From an uncultured Acidobacteriota bacterium (GTDB lineage: Bacteria; Actinomycetota; Acidimicrobiia; Spongiisociales; ZC4RG35): DNA of 64,000 nt. The notes under the pieces were generated by a model. That model saw only the letters and a list, made by a program, of their open reading frames with translations, searched no databases and was not told the DNA's origin. Made by a program: the position numbers and the translations under genes. The DNA lies in assembly GCA_963746905.1 (NCBI GenBank), contig CAVVCY010000001.1, positions 78,125 to 142,124 of the forward strand. The letters are read 5' to 3'. Below, piece after piece: positions 38,235 to 47,674 of this stretch (position 1 is its first letter; the number at the start of each line of letters is the position of its first letter).

Positions 38235-38278
38235 GTGCTCCCCGGGTTGTTATCGGATTATTGGTCAGAATCCTGAAA

Positions 38279-38923
38279 CTACCTGGGTCGCTTTTCACGC
38301 AGGGGCAGACGGTCTCGTCCGGGGTCAGGCAGCCTGGCGGCCTGGTCCATCATGTCGACCCTGAAGGACTCGAGGCTTTGAGCCGGCTCCGAGATCCTTG
38401 CGGCCTCGGGGCTGAAGACCGCGTGGCCACTCGGCACCGTCAGGTGCTCGAACCGGTCGATCAGGTCCTGGTAGCGCTGGGACCACATCGCCTCGAGGCT
38501 GGTGGAGTTCGCTGCCTGGATACGGGCCAACTCGGGGCTGGTGACCAGGATGTTGGGGTTGACTTGAGCCACACTGGCCTGCTGTTGCAGGACCTTGTAG
38601 GCCTCAGGGCTGGTCGATGGGGTGATGGCCCCGATGAGCCCTGCCTTCTCCATCCGGTACCGCTCGATGTTCACGGTGGGCTGTGAGGCCTGCCGCATGT
38701 GGTACTGCTGGGTCAGGAAGTCGACCCTCGAGTTCCAGGCATTCTTCTCAGCCTGGCTGACTCGGGACTCGGTCACGGACTGGGTGGATTCGTTTCCCTG
38801 ATTTGCAGCGAACACGAAACCGAGGGCGATGACTGCAGCCAGAGCGGCGGCGGCCAACCCAACAAAACGACCGGAGGGTCCGGCCGACCGGGTGGTACCC
38901 GGATTGATGACACTCGTAGACAT
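38279..38923 (-). CDS. Membrane-anchored (N-terminal TM) extracytoplasmic hypothetical protein
   Basis: 214 aa. Strong AGAGGAGGAA RBS. TM helix FVGLAAAALAAVIALGFVFAA. No family recognised. Confidence 0.6.
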   Translation of the reverse strand: MSTSVINPGTTRSAGPSGRFVGLAAAALAAVIALGFVFAANQGNESTQSVTESRVSQAEKNAWNSRVDFLTQQYHMRQASQPTVNIERYRMEKAGLIGAITPSTSPEAYKVLQQQASVAQVNPNILVTSPELARIQAANSTSLEAMWSQRYQDLIDRFEHLTVPSGHAVFSPEAARISEPAQSLESFRVDMMDQAARLPDPGRDRLPLREKRPR

Positions 38924-39004
38924 TGTTCCTCCTCTGTGTCCAACGTGGACGATTTGTTCACGTCGGCGGAGGAGAGCGCCGAAGAGGGTGCCTGATACGC
39001 GGTT

Positions 39005-40409
39005 CTAGGAAGATCCGTACGAGGTGTCGACGAGTACCCCGGCCTCAGCGAAAAATTGGATGTCGCCGCCGCTCTTCGATGCCACGATCGACCCGACGTC
39101 GAGGTTGACCACCTCGATAGTCGTCGCTTGTTCCCAGGATTGGACATATCCGATAGGCATGCCGGGATTCATCGAGAATCCTCCGTAATAGCGATCCGGC
39201 TCATCGGCGCCGTGATGGGCAATCACGTCGAGGTTTCCGGCATCGAGGACGTAGACGCCTGAGGACTGTGACAGCTGGGTCTCTTTGCTGTCCTCATAGG
39301 TCTGACCCGTGGCCAGCAGACGATTGCCCTCGGCTGAGAGATAGACGTCGGTAATTGGGGCGTCGAGACGGTCGATGACCTCCCAGGTCTCAGTGTCGAT
39401 GGTTTCGATTCCCATCGGGTCGAATCTCGTTGTCAGGTAGCCGTCAACGAGCTCGAAGGTCTGGACCCCCGAGGCCACATAGAGCACACGTCCGTCGGGA
39501 CGCCCCAGTGTTCCCGACCGTTGACCGATCTGGAATGGCCCGCTCTCTGTCGGAGTCGAGTTCAAGGTGTCAAGGCCGAAGCGGTGCTCTTCGACCTGGC
39601 CGGTTATCAGATCGACCTCGACTACGACGTCCTGATTGGTGTTGAGGATTAGGGCGCGGGATCCGACGTCGTCCCAGACCACCCGTGGGTAGGCGGCAAA
39701 GTCGGATCCTCCGGGGGAGGCGATGTCCAAATACCCGAGCGTCCCGATTACGACTTGGGGAAGAGGGATTTCCGTGACGGCCCCGGTCCCCAGATCGACT
39801 GTCACCAGGACGAGCTGCCCCGAGTGTTGTCGTCGCTGTCGGACACGAGTCCGAAGATCGACGCCATCCCATCGACGAAATGAGCGTCGTACCACCAGAA
39901 ATGGGGTGGTAGATCGGCAATCGGACTTGGGCCTGGTCTCACCAGAAACCATACGGCTCAGTTGGGATGCTGGAGAACCATGGATGGCGTACACCGTTCC
40001 GTCGTCTGCCACGTGGATCGGGTTGTCGATCGAGGGCAGCCAGCTGGTCGCGACCACCCAGTTGTCAACATCGATGAGCCGCAACTCTGTGCGAATTCCG
40101 ATCGTCGTAGCCGACAGTCATGGCCAACCAGGAGCCATTGTCCGAGGACACTCCCCAGGCCCAATCTCCCATCGGGATCGGTTCGACGCCGGCGACCGCC
40201 TCCAGCGTGATCGGGTCGACCGGGTAGATCTTCGCCCGATCGATGTGCACGGTGGTGGTGGTCTGAGGCCGGGTTGATGTCGTGGTGAGAGGCGTCAGAG
40301 TGTCCGGCGGAGCCAGAGGCTGGGTGTCGGCGGTTACGTCGGGGCGGGTACAGGCGACGGAGAGCGCAAAGATCGCAACCACACCGAGCACGATTCTTGC
40401 TTGCGTCAT
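39005..40409 (-). pseudogene. Lipoprotein with beta-propeller-like body, interrupted by about 3 apparent frameshifts
   Basis: ATG 40409 follows GGGAGGA. Signal peptide plus lipobox MTQARIVLGVVAIFALSVAC. Frame changes near 40084-40090, 39950-39962 and 39816-39824. Fragments are ORFs 40065..40439 and 39005..40084. Confidence 0.6.
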
Positions 40410-40469
40410 GGGAGATCCTCCCGAGTACAACGCTATCAACGAGGCTCCGAAAGGAGGCGTTCCCCCGGG

Positions 40470-42065
40470 TTACTTCTTCTTGGCGAGGTCCCCGATGATC
40501 TGCTGAGAAGCGAAGCGGCCCGGAGCGCCCATCACGCACCCACCGGGATGGGTCCCCGAGCCACACTGGTAGTAGCCCTCGATGGGAGTCCGGTATTGGT
40601 TCCAGCCGGGTGCTGGTCGGAAGAAGAACATCTGCGGCGCGAGGAACTCGCCGGCAAAGATGTTCCCCTCGGTGAGACCAACGGTGCGCTCGATGTCGAG
40701 CGGAGTGACCACCTCTCGATGCAGAACCAGATCGCCGAAGCCGGGGAAGAAGGACTCCAAGGTGGCCTGAACGGTGTCACCGAATCGATCCTTCTCCGTA
40801 TCCCAGTCGCTCTCCTTGAGGTGATAGGGGGCGTACTGGATGAAACAGGACATCACCGCCTTGCCCGGAGGCGCCATGTCCGGATCCACGTTGGATTGGA
40901 TGCACCCGTCGATGTAGGGCTTTTGTGAGTACCACCCGTACTTGGCGTCGTCGAAGGCCCGCTCCAGGTAGTCCAGCGACGGCCCCATGTTGATGAAGCC
41001 CCGGTACTGGTCCGAACGTCCGGGAAGAGCTGGATAGGTGGGGTTGGCGTCGAGGGCGAAGTTCACCTTGGCTGACGTTCCCTGGAACTTGAAGCGACGG
41101 ATGTTGTCCACCAGGTCGGTGGGCAACTCGCGAGGATCGACCAACTCCATGAAGGTGCGACGGGGGTCGACGGCACTGACCACCGTCTTCGCCTCCAATT
41201 CGGTGCCATCCACCAGCATGACCCCGATCGCCCGGCCGTTCTTGGTGATGACGTGATCGACGGGCGACTCGAGGCGGATCTCGGCGCCAAACGATTGAGC
41301 AGCGCGTGCCAGGACCTGAGTGAAGCCCCCGTTGCCGCCCTTGTGGAACGCCCATGCTCCGTAAGCCCCATCGTGCTCACCGAACGAGTGATAGAGGAGC
41401 ACCAGGCCCGAGCCCTGGGATCGGGGACCTACCTTGGTGCCGATGATCCCCGATGAGGCGTGCAGGCCCTGCATGATGTCGGACTCGAAGTAGTCCTCGA
41501 GGATGTCGGCGGCGCTTCCCGTCAGGAGCCGGATCAAGCTGTGCATGACATCGGGGGGCAGATCGGCGAGGTATGAGCCCATCGCCGCCAAGCGTGCCCG
41601 CTCTTCAGGGTCTTTGGAGGTGATGTCCGGCGGGATCGAGTCCATCAGCGGCCGGATGGCGTGCACCGCCTGCTCCATCATGTGGGCGTATGCGTCATAG
41701 GCGTCGGCGTCATGAGGCGAGTGCCTGGCGATCTCGTGATGGTTCTCGTTCTTGTCCTGACCCAGATAGAGGTAGTCGCCGTTCTCCATGGGTGCGAAGG
41801 TCGAAGGCATGAGAAGGGGCATGAACCCGTGCTTGGTCAGCTCCAGTTCGTGGATGATCTCTGGACGCAGAAGGCTGAGGGCGTAGGAGAAGGTGGTGAA
41901 GCTGAACCCAGGGTGGAGCTCCTCGGTGATCGCCGCCCCACCAACCAAATGCCGGCGCTCCAAGATGACGGTGTCGAGCCCCGCCTTCGCCAGGTAGGAC
42001 CCATTGACCAGGCCGTTGTGGCCACCACCGATGACGATGGCGTCGTATTTCCGTTTGTCAGCCAT
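40470..42065 (-). CDS. FAD/NAD(P)-dependent oxidoreductase, phytoene-desaturase (CrtI/COG1233)-like
   Basis: YDAIVIGGGHNGLVNGSYLAKAGLDTVILERRHLVGG dinucleotide fold; 531 aa; GAGGAA RBS. Lies 7 nt downstream of the GcvT-like gene. Confidence 0.85.
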   Translation of the reverse strand: MADKRKYDAIVIGGGHNGLVNGSYLAKAGLDTVILERRHLVGGAAITEELHPGFSFTTFSYALSLLRPEIIHELELTKHGFMPLLMPSTFAPMENGDYLYLGQDKNENHHEIARHSPHDADAYDAYAHMMEQAVHAIRPLMDSIPPDITSKDPEERARLAAMGSYLADLPPDVMHSLIRLLTGSAADILEDYFESDIMQGLHASSGIIGTKVGPRSQGSGLVLLYHSFGEHDGAYGAWAFHKGGNGGFTQVLARAAQSFGAEIRLESPVDHVITKNGRAIGVMLVDGTELEAKTVVSAVDPRRTFMELVDPRELPTDLVDNIRRFKFQGTSAKVNFALDANPTYPALPGRSDQYRGFINMGPSLDYLERAFDDAKYGWYSQKPYIDGCIQSNVDPDMAPPGKAVMSCFIQYAPYHLKESDWDTEKDRFGDTVQATLESFFPGFGDLVLHREVVTPLDIERTVGLTEGNIFAGEFLAPQMFFFRPAPGWNQYRTPIEGYYQCGSGTHPGGCVMGAPGRFASQQIIGDLAKKK

Positions 42066-42072
42066 CAGTTCC

Positions 42073-43272
42073 TCACGCAGTCTTTCTCGGCGGGTTGTAG
42101 AAGGGCATCCGAGCCACCTCGGCGTCCACCATGTCGTAGCGGTGGTCGATGGTGACTTCGAGGCTGACCTTGGTCCCCAGTTTCGAATGCTCTGGCTCGA
42201 CCCTGGCGATTCCGATGTGCCTCTGCATCATCGGGGAGTAAACGAAGCTCGGGGTGTAGCCAATCCGCTTCACCTCGGCGTCGTAGAGCATCATCCCCCC
42301 GTGCTCCGGGGTGTGGTCCTTGGGTGGCACCAAGCCCCGCTCGTTGTAGACCCGGTTCCAGTCCTCCCAATCGACCATGACCCCCACGGTCCGCCAGCGA
42401 GACGTCCCTTCTCTTAGCTCCTTCTCGATGGCGCGACGGCCTATGAAGGCTCGGTCGTCGGTCTCCAGGTCACGCAGCATCCAGCCCATCCCCAGCTCGA
42501 TGGGCGTCGTTCGCTGATCGTCATTCCAGGCATAGCGGGACGAATAGAAGTCGACGTCGATCAAGACCAGACCGGCCTCGATCCGGCTGATGAGGAGGGC
42601 GATTTGCCCGGCGGGGACCACCCCCATCGGGGCGCCTACCTCTTCGACGGCGTCCCAGACATCGAGTGCGTCGCCTCGATCCACCCAGATCTCATAGCCG
42701 AGATCGCCGGTGTATCCGGTTCGGGAGATGGTGACCGAGGCATCTCCGACCTTGGCCGGTGTCAGATGAAAATAACCGATGCCCTCCATCTCCGGGGCGA
42801 GGGTCTTGAGTATCTCCCGGGCGTATGGACCCTGGAGGGCGAGGGCCCCGTAGTCGTCAGAGACATCTGTGATCTCCACCGAATCGTGCCCGATCAGGTC
42901 CCGGAAATATGCGAGGTTGGGCTCGGCTGCGGTGAGCAGAAACTCGTCCTCGGAGAGGCGGAGGATGACGCCATCCTCGATCACATTGCCTGCGTCGTCG
43001 CACCAGATTGTGTAGTGGGCCTGACCCGGACGGCATTTTCGGATGTCGCGGGCCAGAACTCCGGACAGGAAATGCTCAGCGTCACGACCGATGATCCGGT
43101 ACTTGTATAACGGAGACGTGTCGATCATCGCCGCCGCATTGCGTATGGCGAAATACTCGAATTTCTCAGACGATTGGTACTTCTCAGTTGCCAGGTAACC
43201 CGACCAGTGACTCCACAAACCGGTTTGGTTGGCGGCACTGGTTCGCGGGTGAAAGGGCGTCTCCCGGATCAA
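42073..43272 (-). CDS. Aminomethyltransferase (GcvT/DmdA) family, folate-dependent
   Basis: 399 aa. FAIRNAAAMIDTSPLYKYRIIGRDAEHFL and ALALQGPYAREIL fit the GcvT fold. TTG start. Confidence 0.85.
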   Translation of the reverse strand: MIRETPFHPRTSAANQTGLWSHWSGYLATEKYQSSEKFEYFAIRNAAAMIDTSPLYKYRIIGRDAEHFLSGVLARDIRKCRPGQAHYTIWCDDAGNVIEDGVILRLSEDEFLLTAAEPNLAYFRDLIGHDSVEITDVSDDYGALALQGPYAREILKTLAPEMEGIGYFHLTPAKVGDASVTISRTGYTGDLGYEIWVDRGDALDVWDAVEEVGAPMGVVPAGQIALLISRIEAGLVLIDVDFYSSRYAWNDDQRTTPIELGMGWMLRDLETDDRAFIGRRAIEKELREGTSRWRTVGVMVDWEDWNRVYNERGLVPPKDHTPEHGGMMLYDAEVKRIGYTPSFVYSPMMQRHIGIARVEPEHSKLGTKVSLEVTIDHRYDMVDAEVARMPFYNPPRKTA

Positions 43273-43343
43273 ATTGCTACCTCGGGTCGGTGGGGCAGGA
43301 TAACCCGTCGTCTGAGGCTCCTAGCCGGGAATCGAGGGGTTTT

Positions 43344-43359
43344 CTGAACGGCCGTTCAG
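43344..43359. promoter_or_regulatory. Perfect 16-bp palindrome CTGAACGGCCGTTCAG, candidate operator
   Basis: Lies in the divergent GcvT-like/ACAD intergenic region, 27 nt upstream of the ACAD start. Related sites at 46244, 53878 and 54579. Confidence 0.5.
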
Positions 43360-43385
43360 GGTTCCGCTGCTACATTCGGTAGGTC

Positions 43386-44558
43386 GTGTCGACTTTTCTC
43401 ACCTCCGCGGAGCGCCTCCTACAGACCCGCGCTCGTGAGTTCATCGACGAACTGATTCCTTATGAGGTCGAGGCCGAGATGAACCGCGGCGAGCTCCCCC
43501 CTGAGGTGTTCAAAGCTCATCATGACAAGGCTCGATCCCTCGGATTTGTCTCGATCAACATGCCTCAGAGCATGGGAGGGCCCGGGTACGGGATGTTGGA
43601 GCAGGCGCTCATCCAGGAGCAGAGCGGCAGGGTCACCAATGCTCTCGGATGGGTGGTCTCCACCGGGCCCTCCTGGATCGCCGACGTGGTCACCGACTAT
43701 CAGATGGAGCGCTGGATCCGGCCCACGGTCGACGGTGACATTCACGAGTGTTATGCGATTACCGAGGAGGGGGCAGGCTCGGATGTCGACGGGATAGTGG
43801 CCACAGCGCGTCCTGAAGGCGATGGCTACGTGCTCAACGGGACGAAATGGCATGTGACTTCGGCCAATCTCGCCGCCTATGTCTTCTTTCAGGCCAAACT
43901 GACCGATGGTCCCAACGCCGGACAACATGTCCTCTTCTTTGTGGACATGGATGCGTCTGGCGTGGAATGCGTTCGGGTGCCCGAATACAGCCACACCTAC
44001 GGCCATCACCATTGGGAGATGAAGTTCACCGACGTGGCGGTTCCCAAGGAGAACCTGGTGGGATCCGAGGGGGACGGGATGGGCTTCTCCCACGCCTGGT
44101 TTCGATACGAGCGGCTGATGATTGCTGCGCGCTGCTGCGGGGCGGCCGAGCGTTTGATCGATGAGGCGACCGCCTTTGCCGAGGAGCGCCAGGCCTACGG
44201 GTCGAGCATCGCCGAGTATCAGGCCATCCAGTTCATGTTGGCCGACTCCCTAACCGAGTTGTGGGCGGCCCGGCTGATGACCTACGAAACGGCGCGGGGT
44301 ATCGACGCGGGAGTGGATCTCAAGGTGCAGCACGCACAGTGCTCGATGTCCAAGCTCTACGCATCGGAGATGGCCAACCGGGTTGCGGACCGTGCGGTGC
44401 AGATCTTCGGGGGGCGTGGCTTCATGCGAGAGAACGTCGCCGAGCGGTTCTATCGCGAGCTACGAGTCGACCGGATCTGGGAAGGCACTTCCGAGATCCA
44501 GCGCATCATCATCGCCGACCAGCTCCGCAAGCGTGGAGCCCGGTCGCTGGTCAGCTGA
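43386..44558 (+). CDS. Acyl-CoA dehydrogenase family protein
   Basis: 390 aa. ITEEGAGSDV, YERLMIAARCCG, IFGGRGF and IWEGTSEIQR motifs. Confidence 0.9.
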   Translation: MSTFLTSAERLLQTRAREFIDELIPYEVEAEMNRGELPPEVFKAHHDKARSLGFVSINMPQSMGGPGYGMLEQALIQEQSGRVTNALGWVVSTGPSWIADVVTDYQMERWIRPTVDGDIHECYAITEEGAGSDVDGIVATARPEGDGYVLNGTKWHVTSANLAAYVFFQAKLTDGPNAGQHVLFFVDMDASGVECVRVPEYSHTYGHHHWEMKFTDVAVPKENLVGSEGDGMGFSHAWFRYERLMIAARCCGAAERLIDEATAFAEERQAYGSSIAEYQAIQFMLADSLTELWAARLMTYETARGIDAGVDLKVQHAQCSMSKLYASEMANRVADRAVQIFGGRGFMRENVAERFYRELRVDRIWEGTSEIQRIIIADQLRKRGARSLVS

Positions 44559-44958
44559 CGTAGTCAAGCGCCTTGTCGATCAGCTCCTCGAGAACGTGCT
44601 CGTCGACGTCCTCGAGCCTCTTGATGTAGAGGCAGGACTTGCCGGTGCTGTGCTTGCCCAACCGACCGAGCAAAGCCTCCTGACCGGCGAGGTCGAGCAA
44701 CGCCAGGTAGAGGGTCAGGTTTTGCTTGCGGGGCGAGAAGCCCACCTTGAACCAGTCACCCTCACGGCCCGACGGGGATCGGTAGTGGAGGTCACCGAAC
44801 CCGACGATGCTGGTCCCCCACATCGTGGGCTGCTCCCCAGTGACCTTCTCCAACAGCTTGACCAGCGCTGTTGAGTCATCCCGCTTGCGAGGGTCGTCGA
44901 TGGCGTCGATGAAGTCACTCACGCTGGCAGCAGTCTTCTGCGTTTTGTTCTCGGCCAT
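44551..44958 (-). CDS. DUF1801 (YdhG-like) domain protein
   Basis: 135 aa with TAASVSDFIDAIDDPRKRDDSTALVKLLEKVTGEQPTMWGTSIVGFG. Confidence 0.75.
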   Translation of the reverse strand: MAENKTQKTAASVSDFIDAIDDPRKRDDSTALVKLLEKVTGEQPTMWGTSIVGFGDLHYRSPSGREGDWFKVGFSPRKQNLTLYLALLDLAGQEALLGRLGKHSTGKSCLYIKRLEDVDEHVLEELIDKALDYVS

Positions 44959-44973
44959 CGGGCCAACCTACCG

Positions 44974-46152
44974 CTAGTGGAGCTCTCGCTGGGGGACGGT
45001 GGGGACGACCATGCCCTCGCCGAGGTAGACGCGGGCCATGACACCCAGGAACTGATAGACGGTTCCTTCCCAGCGGCTGAGCGGTCCCGGCCGGTAGCCA
45101 CGATTGCGCATCCCGCGTTGCACACCTTCACAGGCTGACCAGTCCTCGCGGTTCGTGATGTCCCAGAAGTCGGTGGCATAGGAGGGGTCGAAGTCAGGCA
45201 GGTCGAAGGCCTCCGGCGGGAAGAGCCAGGAGCATTCGATGAAGGTGCGATCCACGTCGATCGGTGTCAATCGATGGGTCATGACATAGTCAGGGTGGAG
45301 CGAAAGAAGCAGGTTGGGAGCAACGGTCACGTACCAGATATGGCGTGCCTGCTCGTCCCCGATCTTGCGAAAGTTGACTCCTTGCGAACTGCCGTCGAGG
45401 GACATGGTCACCGCGTGTTCCTTGAGATCCATGGTCCCGCCGAGCCACATGCCGGTTGGGATGTGGTCATACCCACTATCGGGGGGAGTGACCTCGCACA
45501 GCTCGGGATGGATGTTGGAGCAGTGGTAGCACTCGTTGTAATTCTCGACGATGACCTTCCAGTTGGCCTTCACCTCGTAGGAATGAGACGCCGCGGTTAC
45601 CAGGCGCTCGGGCTCGTAGTCGGAGATGATCTCAGCGAGGTTGCCGAAGTGGCTGGCAAGGGAGGGCGCCGAACCAGAGAGGTCGACAAACACCCAACCT
45701 CCCAAGACGTCCACGCCTATAGAGATCAAAGGGAACTCGCCCATGTCGAAGGCCGGGCTTTGGGTGAAGGTCGGCGCCGCCCGGAGACTGCCATCAAGTC
45801 GATAAGTCCAGGCGTGATAGGGGCAGCGAATCAGTCGCACATCGATGGCATCGCCAACCGGGGCCAGTTCGTGGCCGCGGTGTCGGCACACGTTGGAGAA
45901 GGCGCGCAGATCTCCCGCCTCGTCCCGGACCAGCAGGACGCTTTCCTCGCCGAGTTCGACGGCTCGTACCTGACGTGGAGCCACCAGCTCTTCGAGACGG
46001 CCGACGCAGATCCACGTGCTCTGCCAGAGGTTGGCGTTCTCCCAGGCGAGCACTTCGGGAGAGGTGTAAGCGGCTGAAGGGAGGGTGAGATTCTGTCCGA
46101 AGTCGTCAATCACTTTTCGGAGCTGGGCCTGGTCTAGCGGCGCAGGATTCAT
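44974..46152 (-). CDS. Rieske [2Fe-2S] non-heme-iron oxygenase alpha subunit
   Basis: Rieske CRHRGHEL...CPYHAW. Iron site NYNECYHCSNIHPE. Start at ATG 46152 with AAGGGGAAG RBS (ORF to 46191). No reductase or beta subunit adjacent. Confidence 0.85.
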   Translation of the reverse strand: MNPAPLDQAQLRKVIDDFGQNLTLPSAAYTSPEVLAWENANLWQSTWICVGRLEELVAPRQVRAVELGEESVLLVRDEAGDLRAFSNVCRHRGHELAPVGDAIDVRLIRCPYHAWTYRLDGSLRAAPTFTQSPAFDMGEFPLISIGVDVLGGWVFVDLSGSAPSLASHFGNLAEIISDYEPERLVTAASHSYEVKANWKVIVENYNECYHCSNIHPELCEVTPPDSGYDHIPTGMWLGGTMDLKEHAVTMSLDGSSQGVNFRKIGDEQARHIWYVTVAPNLLLSLHPDYVMTHRLTPIDVDRTFIECSWLFPPEAFDLPDFDPSYATDFWDITNREDWSACEGVQRGMRNRGYRPGPLSRWEGTVYQFLGVMARVYLGEGMVVPTVPQRELH

Positions 46153-46243
46153 CGCTTCTTCCCCTTCGTCGTCCTCATGGAGCCCTGGCAACGGTTGCCG
46201 ATGTTCACGAATCGGCGGGCACGCTGAGAGGCGTCAGTGTATC

Positions 46244-46259
46244 CTGAACAGCGAGTCAG
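46244..46259. promoter_or_regulatory. CTGAACAGCGAGTCAG, degenerate copy of the 43344 palindrome
   Basis: Lies in the divergent Rieske/aminotransferase intergenic region and shares CTGAAC...TCAG ends. Confidence 0.3.
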
Positions 46260-46282
46260 GTTACCCGAAAGGAAGGTGACTC

Positions 46283-47650
46283 ATGCTCGCCGCCGAGGAT
46301 CGGATGTCCACAATCTTGGATGATCTGATCGAAAAGGAAGAGCGGACATTCATCGAGCGGGCTCCGGAAGCCACACGTTTGGACGCTGTGGCAAGGGGAT
46401 CTCTGGCGGGGGGAGTCACATCCAGCTGGCAGATCTCACGCCCGCAGCCGATCTGGATCGATCGGGGCCTCGGATCACGGGTTTGGGACGTCGACGGCAA
46501 CGAATACGTCGACTTCCACGGTGGGTACGGCGCCATGCTCGCCGGCCACGCCAATCCTGCCGTGGTGGCAGCGGTTTCCGAAAGGGTTCGCAAAGGGACC
46601 CATTTCGCCCAACCAACCGAAGACGCCATCGTCGTCGCCGAGGAGCTCGCCAGACGTTATGGGCAGCCTTTATGGCGTTTCGGGAATTCAGGTACCGAGG
46701 CAACCATGGATGCGGTCCACCTGATGCGCGCGGTAAAGGGCCGCGACCTGATCGTCAAGTTCGAAGGCGCCTATCACGGCCACCACGACTCGGTCATGGT
46801 CTCGGTGTGGAATGAGGAGGACCTGGGCCCCGAGAAGCGCCCAGCCAGCATGCCGGCCGGGACCGGCATCCCGAAAGCGATCGTCGACCTGGCCTTGGTG
46901 GCCACCTTCAACGATCTCGATGTTGTCTCGATGTTGTTCGATGAGCATCCGGGGCAGATCGCCGGGGTAATCGTCGAGCCGATCCTCCAGAACTGCGGCG
47001 TTCTTTTGCCTGAGGAGGGCTTCCTCCAGGGTTTGAGGGAGCTAACCCGAGAACATGATGCGTTGCTCACGTTCGACGAAGTCAAGACCGGGCTGACTGT
47101 CGGCAAGGGAGGAGCCACCAGAAGGTTCGGGGTACAGCCCGACATCGTGTGCCTGGCGAAGGCGCTCGGCGGCGGACTCCCGATCGCGGCGATCGGTGGG
47201 ACCGAGGAGGTCATGGGGCGCATCGTCGATGGCACCTACGACCAGGTGGGAACCTTCAATGGCAACCCGCTGAGCATGGCGGCGGCGAGGGCGATGCTGA
47301 CCGAGGTCATGGTCGAGGAGACCTACCGCCATCTCGCCCACATTCAGGAGCGCATGGAGAAGGGTGCCAACGAGGTCATCGGGCGGCATCAACTGCCGGC
47401 TCACGTGGCCACCGCCGGTGCCAAGGGGAGCGTCATCTACTCGCCCGAGCCGTTACGGACCTATCGAGACTTCCTGAATGTCGACGGGCGCTACGCCCAG
47501 GCGGCGTGGCTCTATCAGTACAACCGCGGCGTGTTCTTGCCTCCATGGGGCAAGGGGGAGCAGTGGCTCGTTTCGGTGGCTCATGACGATGAGGACATCG
47601 ATCGTTATCTCGAGACTTTGGATTCGTTCGCGGCGCTCATCACCACATGA
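46283..47650 (+). CDS. Class-III (GSA/omega) aminotransferase family protein
   Basis: 455 aa. YVDFHGGYGAMLAGHANP, NSGTEA, LLTFDEVKTG and GTFNGNP motifs. GGAAGG RBS. Confidence 0.85.
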   Translation: MLAAEDRMSTILDDLIEKEERTFIERAPEATRLDAVARGSLAGGVTSSWQISRPQPIWIDRGLGSRVWDVDGNEYVDFHGGYGAMLAGHANPAVVAAVSERVRKGTHFAQPTEDAIVVAEELARRYGQPLWRFGNSGTEATMDAVHLMRAVKGRDLIVKFEGAYHGHHDSVMVSVWNEEDLGPEKRPASMPAGTGIPKAIVDLALVATFNDLDVVSMLFDEHPGQIAGVIVEPILQNCGVLLPEEGFLQGLRELTREHDALLTFDEVKTGLTVGKGGATRRFGVQPDIVCLAKALGGGLPIAAIGGTEEVMGRIVDGTYDQVGTFNGNPLSMAAARAMLTEVMVEETYRHLAHIQERMEKGANEVIGRHQLPAHVATAGAKGSVIYSPEPLRTYRDFLNVDGRYAQAAWLYQYNRGVFLPPWGKGEQWLVSVAHDDEDIDRYLETLDSFAALITT

Positions 47651-47674
47651 GTCGGTCATAGACTCGCACCCCTC

